A DNA stretch of 63,946 nucleotides, the filler included, from Choristocarpus tenellus KU-1152 (Eukaryota; Protista; Phaeophyceae): assembly GCA_964200185.2 (NCBI GenBank). It is 13 parts of 13 records of this genome, joined end to end, with 100 filler letters (N's around TTAATTAATTAA, not from the genome) between each part and the next. Parts side by side here need not be neighbours in the genome. Positions count along the whole stretch, not along the records: positions 61,395 to 63,946 come from CAXNAD020026836.1; 12 more parts are not named here. The stretch is one strand, 5' to 3'. How positions within the stretch are numbered: position 1 is the stretch's first letter; each line of letters begins with the position of its first letter. This document shows positions 61,640-63,946 of this stretch, in pieces. The notes beneath the pieces were generated by a model. That model ran no database searches, was not told where the DNA came from, and worked only from the letters and a program-made list of their open reading frames with translations. Made by a program: the position numbers and the translations under genes.

Positions 61640-63850
61640 CCACAATACGTACCTCCTCCAAGATTTTGAGGAGTGAAGAACACCTCCGCGAACTGGCCTT
61701 TGATGTGTGAGGCCATGATCTTCTGGCGCTCGGAGTAGCCCCTGATAACAAAGGACTCGAACCAAAGAAACGTGTAAAGAAAGGTGTTACGGTGCGTCAT
61801 CATCATGATGAACGGAATAGGTAGTGTTATTATGTGCATCTGTGTTGGCGGTTATTTCTTGGGACTTTGCACTCACTCGTTGAATAAAACAGGGTGGTCT
61901 ATTCTCTTCTGCCTGCGGCTGCAAACTAGTTGACAAACGGACTATGCGTGCGTGTGGTTACCTGTCACCGCCATGGTTAGGTGGGTAAAGTGCTGGGAGG
62001 GTGTGGGATGTTTGGTTCGCGGCATCTACAGACATGAACACGAAGCCGAGAGGTTTGCCGTCGGCTTTGGCCCGCATGGTGCTGCTGGTGTTGTTGGGGA
62101 TGACCAGCCCATCCACTTGGATAATCTGGTGAATGGGGGAGATCAACATCACGTCTGTAAATCAAATAAATCTGCTTAGAGGTGCAAAAAAATGGCCACT
62201 TGTTAACACGTACCAGGTACGTGACAAAAATCGTGTGTAGGTAACAATAAATGTTTGTCTTTGCTCCTGTTTCTTATTGCTGTATTCAAGGCAAAGACAG
62301 TATTATCGGGACGGGAAAAAGTACGTATGTACGGGGCCGGAAGACCTCAACACGATTTGTCCCTCCCACAGCCCGTTGTAGACGACCAGGAAACAGTCTA
62401 TCATACAAGGTGTTTGGGCAACTGATAACAACAGTTTTGCGGTGAGTGAGGCTGCTGCTGCTGTTATAAGCACCTGCATCGGAGTCTTCATTCGCAAAAG
62501 ACTACAGATGTTGTTCCCAATGGAGGGCAATCACGGCGACATGTTGCCACTGTACGATTGTGAGTGAACGTATCTTGAGGGTACAAGTTTTTCCCTGTTT
62601 GTCCATTTGGGGCTTGGGTTCCCATGTTTTTTTAATGACATTTTCCTACTCCAATGTGTTTCGGAGTAGGTAAAATGTGTATGTTATGAAAAGGTATGTC
62701 CGGAACAAGGATATTGACACTTCCTAATAAACACGATCGCCAAAATTACATCAAAATCGCAACATCGGATTTTGTCCCCGAATAGACGCGGCCCTACCCT
62801 CTAAGATACTTTGGCTCTGTCGCAAAATTAACGCTGGACACCTATCTTTCGATGGTCTGGCAGCCTCTTGTCGATGGAGTCGAGGACGGTGGAGTCGTTT
62901 GTAGGTTTTACACCAGGCGCACCGTGCCTCTTCTCTCTTAACGTGACACGTATGTCACATTTCATAAATTCGCCTCCTACCCTCACCCTGATGTTGGGCC
63001 TGTCCTCTCTGAGCAATCAGAGGAAGTGTGCCTTGCTTACCCGCTTGGAAGTGTCGTCAGGATACACCCATATCGCCTCTTTGCAAAAATCCTTGTATAG
63101 CTCCTAATTAATAATGTTGTTTGTGTGGACAAGTGAGGAGTTATTGAGAAGGAACACTCGAAGAACACCGCTGCATGATCTCTCGAAGGCGGGCTGACCA
63201 ATAACTTGACTGACAACACGGAAGACAGGATCAAGCAAGCTTTCATCGTGCGTAATGAAAGAGCAAATACAAGAGCGTCATTCTGTTCGGGCCTCGCTGC
63301 CGTTTGCAGAAACAGTAAAGGAGGCGAATCTACCATCATCATCATCACCATCGCGAAGCGCTTGAGACATACGAAGTACAAACGTTTACTACCAAGGTCA
63401 GACCGGGCCCGGGGCCGCAGAGTAGGTGTACACAGTGGTGAAATAACAGTCACTGTGCCTTCCTCCGTAAAAGCGATGAAGAGTTATCATGATCATCATT
63501 GTAGTCTCGACATAACAAACGAAACAAATCGTACTTCGTACGAAGCTTCACATTTTTTAAAACTATAATCTCAGACTGGTCAAAGTAATAAACACCCGCC
63601 ACTCGTAATACTCCTTCGATCCACTTCTTCTACGTATTACTGGGTCACATGGTTTGCAACTAACTCCAACACAAGGCGTGGCCAATCTCTCCACAACCAA
63701 GGGCAAAACCTACCTCTTTGTTCGCGGCGTAGATCACAATTGCGGTCTTGTGAGGCATGAACTGCCGTACATATCCGCCCAGTAGTCTATCCAGGACATC
63801 ACCAGGTCTCGCTTCGGAGCCATGTCCTTCTTTTTGTTCGTGCCATTCCT
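61640..63850 (-). pseudogene. Intron-containing DDD transposase gene (Sola-like/DUF7869-type), disrupted, copy 2
   Basis: Collinear with ~34720-36608 in both exons and introns: QFMPHKTAIVIYAANKE, LREDRPNIRVRVGGEFMKCDIRV, GKPLGFVFMSVDAA, GYSERQKIMASHIKGQFAEVFFTPQNLGGG. Confidence 0.8.
62562..62817 (-). mobile_element. MITE family A inserted in transposase copy 2
   Basis: Both TIRs; 3-bp TSD TGT; absent at the homologous position (~35630-35650) of copy 1. Confidence 0.92.
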
Positions 63851-63946
63851 GACCTAAAGTATCTGGGGGGGGGGGGAGTCTACACCAGAGTGTTCATTTT
63901 GACCAAAACCAGGAAAAGTGCGCTTTCATTATCCATCCAACGTAAG
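63851..63946 (-). mobile_element. MITE family B (truncated by window end)
   Basis: GACCTAAAGTATCTGGGGGG…CATTATCCATCCAACG. Confidence 0.8.

Overview
Repeat-rich eukaryotic genomic DNA, most likely a brown alga or related flagellated stramenopile (inference from short GT-AG exons in 0.3-1.5 kb introns, axonemal-type genes, a CRE-type LINE and TTAGGG tracts). The window is 13 contig pieces joined by 12 artificial 100-bp spacers (N44-TTAATTAATTAA-N44), so adjacency across spacers is unproven. Host genes read by eye: a multipass membrane protein ending in an EXPERA/EBP-like domain; an intronless ~550-aa membrane protein; a spliced gene with a dynein-stalk/MTBD-like segment, ankyrin repeats and an IQ motif; MORN-repeat exons; and an ODF3/STPG (SHIPPO)-repeat gene. 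The rest is mostly transposon-derived. Two abundant MITE families (15 copies of a ~256-bp family A, about 14 copies or fragments of a ~175-bp family B) share the terminal core CAAAGTATCT and make both 3-bp and 4-bp target-site duplications. Two decayed copies of an intron-containing DDD (Sola-like/DUF7869-type) transposase gene are a candidate mobiliser. There are also remnants of Copia, Gypsy, CRE/LINE and possibly hAT, CACTA, KDZ and MULE elements. The best candidate for an undescribed system is the MITE plus spliced-transposase family with mixed TSD length. No RNA genes or CRISPR arrays were found.
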